Notes under the pieces: generated by a model
Seen by the model: the letters and a program-made list of their open reading frames with translations, nothing else
Told to the model about the DNA's origin: nothing
Databases searched by the model: none
Origin: Squalus acanthias
Lineage: Eukaryota
Direction of reading: 5' to 3'
NCBI GenBank assembly: GCA_030390025.1
Contig: CM059432.1
Span: 153,080,001 to 153,144,000, forward strand
DNA length: 64,000 bases
Shown here: positions 63,946 through 64,000 of the stretch, piece by piece
How the letters are laid out: every line of letters starts with the position of its first letter
How positions within the stretch are numbered: the first letter of the stretch is position 1
Made by a program: the position numbers and the translations under genes

Positions 63946-64000
63946 TTGGCAGGGGTGGGGACACACACACATGCACGCACGGGCTGGCAGTTGCCGGAGA

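Overview
This is eukaryotic, almost entirely transposon-derived DNA, most likely from a cartilaginous fish (inferred from V-SINE/HE1-type and Deu-domain SINEs and dense CR1 LINEs). I cannot identify a host protein-coding gene. The window holds five two-gene PIF/Harbinger DNA transposons (H1 1-5521, H2 21974-26023, H3 31979-36215, H4 37083-40927, H5 ~51386-57145). Each pairs a DDE transposase with a convergent 3-exon Myb/SANT-like gene. There is also an older transposase relic, at least seven Harbinger-type non-autonomous elements with 3-bp TSDs or TIRs, many CR1 LINEs (one near full-length, with an esterase ORF1 and a monomeric 5'UTR), L2/RTE fragments, SINEs and three tandem arrays. Two deeply nested insertion stacks can be reconstructed, mostly to the base. 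Highlights: (i) a MITE family carrying a four-hairpin cassette whose pairing is kept while the sequence diverges, placed between a CCAAT box and a strong 5' splice site; (ii) a shared palindromic target site ASWY-NNN-RWST; (iii) a near-intact, possibly active Harbinger with its deletion derivative nearby; (iv) a Penelope-type hammerhead ribozyme. All alignments were done by eye, and boundaries without TSDs are approximate.
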